64,000 nt of DNA from the human T2T-CHM13v2.0 reference genome, Homo sapiens. A program made the translations under genes and the position numbers. The notes beneath the pieces were generated by a model. That model did not search any database. It was not told where the DNA came from and worked only from the letters and a program-made list of their open reading frames with translations. Of the stretch, positions 61,511 through 64,000 are shown in pieces (position 1 is the first letter of the stretch; every line of letters starts with the position of its first letter). The stretch is taken from the NCBI RefSeq assembly GCF_009914755.1, contig NC_060942.1; one strand, 5' to 3'.

Positions 61511-61565
61511 GAAGCTGCATGCATTCTAGCAAAGATGTTGATGGTTCTTTCTATGTACTCTACAA

Positions 61566-61844
61566 CAGCAGTCCCCAACATTTTTGGCACCAGGGACTGG
61601 TTTCGTGGAAGATAACTTTTCCACAGACGCGGAGGGGACAGTTTCAATATGAAACTGTTCCATCTCATAAGGAGTGCACAACCTACATTCCACACTTGCA
61701 CAGTTCATGCTCCTATCAGAATCTAATGCCGCAGCTGATCTGACAGGAGGCAGAGCTCAGGCAGTAACACTCACCCACTGCTCACCTCCCCTCTGTGGCC
61801 TAGTTTCTAACAGGCCACAGACTGGTACTAGTTGGGGACCCCTG
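61566..61844. mobile_element. MER1 (hAT-Charlie) non-autonomous DNA transposon
   Basis: TIRs cagcagtccccaac / gttggggacccctg; 8-bp TSD ctctacaa / ctctataa. Confidence 0.9.
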
Positions 61845-62301
61845 CTCTATAACACCTCTGAAAGGAGTTTAATCTAGATTACAGGGAAACTCAAATATGC
61901 TAACATAAGCCAAGAGCTCTTCCTTAAATGGGGAAGATTAATGACAAACTTCTGGGCTGTCCAAGTTCTTGGGGCACTTCATGGCTCATACAGCTGGCGA
62001 AGCTCTGCACCATCTTTCTCATGTTTGACCTAACATCCTGTGTCTCCATTGTATTTCATACCATGTGTCTCCCCAGCCCAAATTCAAAAGAATATTTAAG
62101 ACCTTCCAACAGGATCTGAAAGGATGACCCTTTGAAATGGGTCATTACTAGTGCAAAGAACAGTTTCTGCCAATAAGAATTTCCCATTTACCCCTAAAGG
62201 GCAAAGATTATATTTCACTGATATTTGTGGGTTATGTTCCCCACACCTCAACCCCAGTACGCAGCACTATGCCTAGTTCAAATTAACACAGCAGGAGTTT
62301 G

Positions 62302-62832
62302 TGAAGGAGGAAAAACTTTTTCTCTGTTCCTTAGGAGGCCTGCAAATTAAACTGAAAAAAAAAAGAAGAAGAAGAAGAAGAGGAAGTTTATTTGCTCATA
62401 TAATGGGCATATATGCAGGAGTGCTCAGTAAATCAAAGAAGTGGTTAGAATGTGGGGCTTATGTACTTAAGTTACGAGAGAAAAGGAAGATGGAAGAAAA
62501 GACATCTATGGGAAAAACAAATAAGTTTCTTTAGGAATGATAGATGGATTTTTAGGAGAACAAATTAAAGATAAGAAAGTTTGTGATAAGTGGTCTATCT
62601 TCTTCATGGTCATGAAACTCCCTGGAAGAGCGAATCTGTGGTAGGTTAACTCTTGGTCTGTCTCCCAAAGACCTGCCCTAAAGAGAGAATTTATGGCAAT
62701 CTCACATACCAGAGGTTCCTGCTTTTAGTCAGATAAGGAATGCTTCAAGAAGGCTCCTTTCTGTACCTGTTGAATCTCAGATGTCTTCAACTTAATCTTT
62801 ATACCAACTCTTCATTCCAAGTGGGTCCCCAT
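62302..62832 (-). mobile_element. ERV1 solo LTR (MER4-group-like)
   Basis: tgaaggaggaaaaacttt...ccaagtgggtcccc LTR-type ends. Confidence 0.6.
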
Positions 62833-62987
62833 ATGTTCAATTAATGAAGATGGAACTGGATGAAACACTATGTGGAGCATGGTTCCTAGGTGAGATAAGC
62901 TAAGCAAAATGATTCCCATGCTGATCACTGAAGGACTTCATTCTTTCTACGAGGCACTAAATTAGAATTCTATTAGGTGGAGGCTAC

Positions 62988-63700
62988 AGTAACTGCCCAG
63001 TGGGTTCACCTTGCCTGCTGCCTAGACAGAGCCAATTTATCAAGACAGGAGAGCTGCAATAGAGAAAGAGTTATCCACACAGAGTCGGCTGTGCAGGAGA
63101 CTGAAATATTATTACTCAAATCAGTCTTCCCGAGCATTCAGGGATTGGAGTTTTTAAGGATAATTTGGTGGGTTGGGGGCCAGTGGTCAGGAGTGCTGAT
63201 TGGTTGTGTTGGAAATGAAATCATACGGAGTCAAAGCTGTGCTCTTCTGTTGAGTCAGTTCCTGGGTTGAGGGGGCACAAGATCAGATGAGCCATTTTGT
63301 CAATCTGGGTGGTGCCAGCTGGTCCATCAATTTCAGTGTTGGCAAAATATCTCAAGCACTGATCTAAGATTTTCCAATAGTGATGTTATTCCTAGAAGCA
63401 ATTTGGGGAGGGTCAGAATCTTGTAGCCTCCAATTGCATGACTCCTAAACCAAAATTTCCAGTCTTTTGGCTAATTTGTTAGTCCTATAAAGGCAGTCTA
63501 GTCCAAAGGTAAGAAGGGGGTCTGTTTGGGTAAAGGGCTGTTTTCTTCTTTGTTTCCAATGATAAACTAGTGCCTCTCAATGTAAGTTTGGCCTATACCC
63601 TGGAATGAACAAGGACAGCTTGGAGGTTGGAAGCAAGATTGCATTGGTTAAGTTAGATCTCTTTCACTGTCTCGGTTATAAATTTGCAATGCTGGTTTCA
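62988..63700 (-). mobile_element. LTR8/LTR8A-like ERV1 solo LTR
   Basis: Minus strand begins TGAAACCAGCATTGCAAATTTATAACCGAGACAGTGAAAGAGATCTAAC; 4-bp TSD ctac. Confidence 0.85.
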
Positions 63701-63786
63701 CTACTGAATGCATCTCTTTGGGATCTCAGCTAGAAGAACCAACTGTTCTGCTTCAACTCCAGGCCTGATTACTTGGACCAAGGTAG

Positions 63787-64000
63787 TGTTGAAGCTCAGA
63801 AAACAATACCGCAAAGTATGGTCTTTGGCATGCTAAGCACTTTGAATTAAAGGAAATTAGAAGGCTTTAGAAGCTGCCTCAGAAGCAAGGTCTCTCTGAC
63901 CTTCCCTTTTTCTTCCTCCAAACACAAGGAGGAGCTCTCTCTAGGGAAGTTAGCTGACTGAGGACAGTACTACCAAAAGAAACACAATTACCTTCAAACA
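63787..64000 (+). mobile_element. ERV1 LTR (MER39/MER34-like), running off the window
   Basis: tgttgaagctcagaaaacaatacc...tatggtctttggcatgctaagcac, similar to the start of the 49469 LTR. Confidence 0.7.

Overview
Primate (almost certainly human) genomic DNA, about half transposon-derived. The first ~7 kb holds the 3' end of a type-II classical cadherin gene on the + strand, which I recognise as CDH20: penultimate exon 1201-1452, last coding exon 5412-5917 ending ...GASEGPAPLW*, and a 3' UTR to ~7.0 kb. The rest appears intergenic. It contains a near full-length minus-strand L1PA element (9152-15491), a second L1 nested inside it, many Alu, MaLR and ERV1 LTRs, L2/MIR relics, a MER85 piggyBac MITE, a MER1 hAT element, and a CpG-rich patch with a near-consensus CTCF motif (~33.26 kb). 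The most notable observation is that the large L1 has an intact 5' end and TSDs, but its 5' UTR is joined precisely at L1 splice sites (nt 97 to the ~622 acceptor). It therefore looks like a spliced integrated retrotransposed element (SpIRE). A younger L1PA2-like copy inserted into its ORF2 creates an in-frame chimeric ORF. I found no wholly new gene system. Repeat subfamily names and comparisons to consensus sequences come from recall by eye, and the boundaries of old repeats are approximate.
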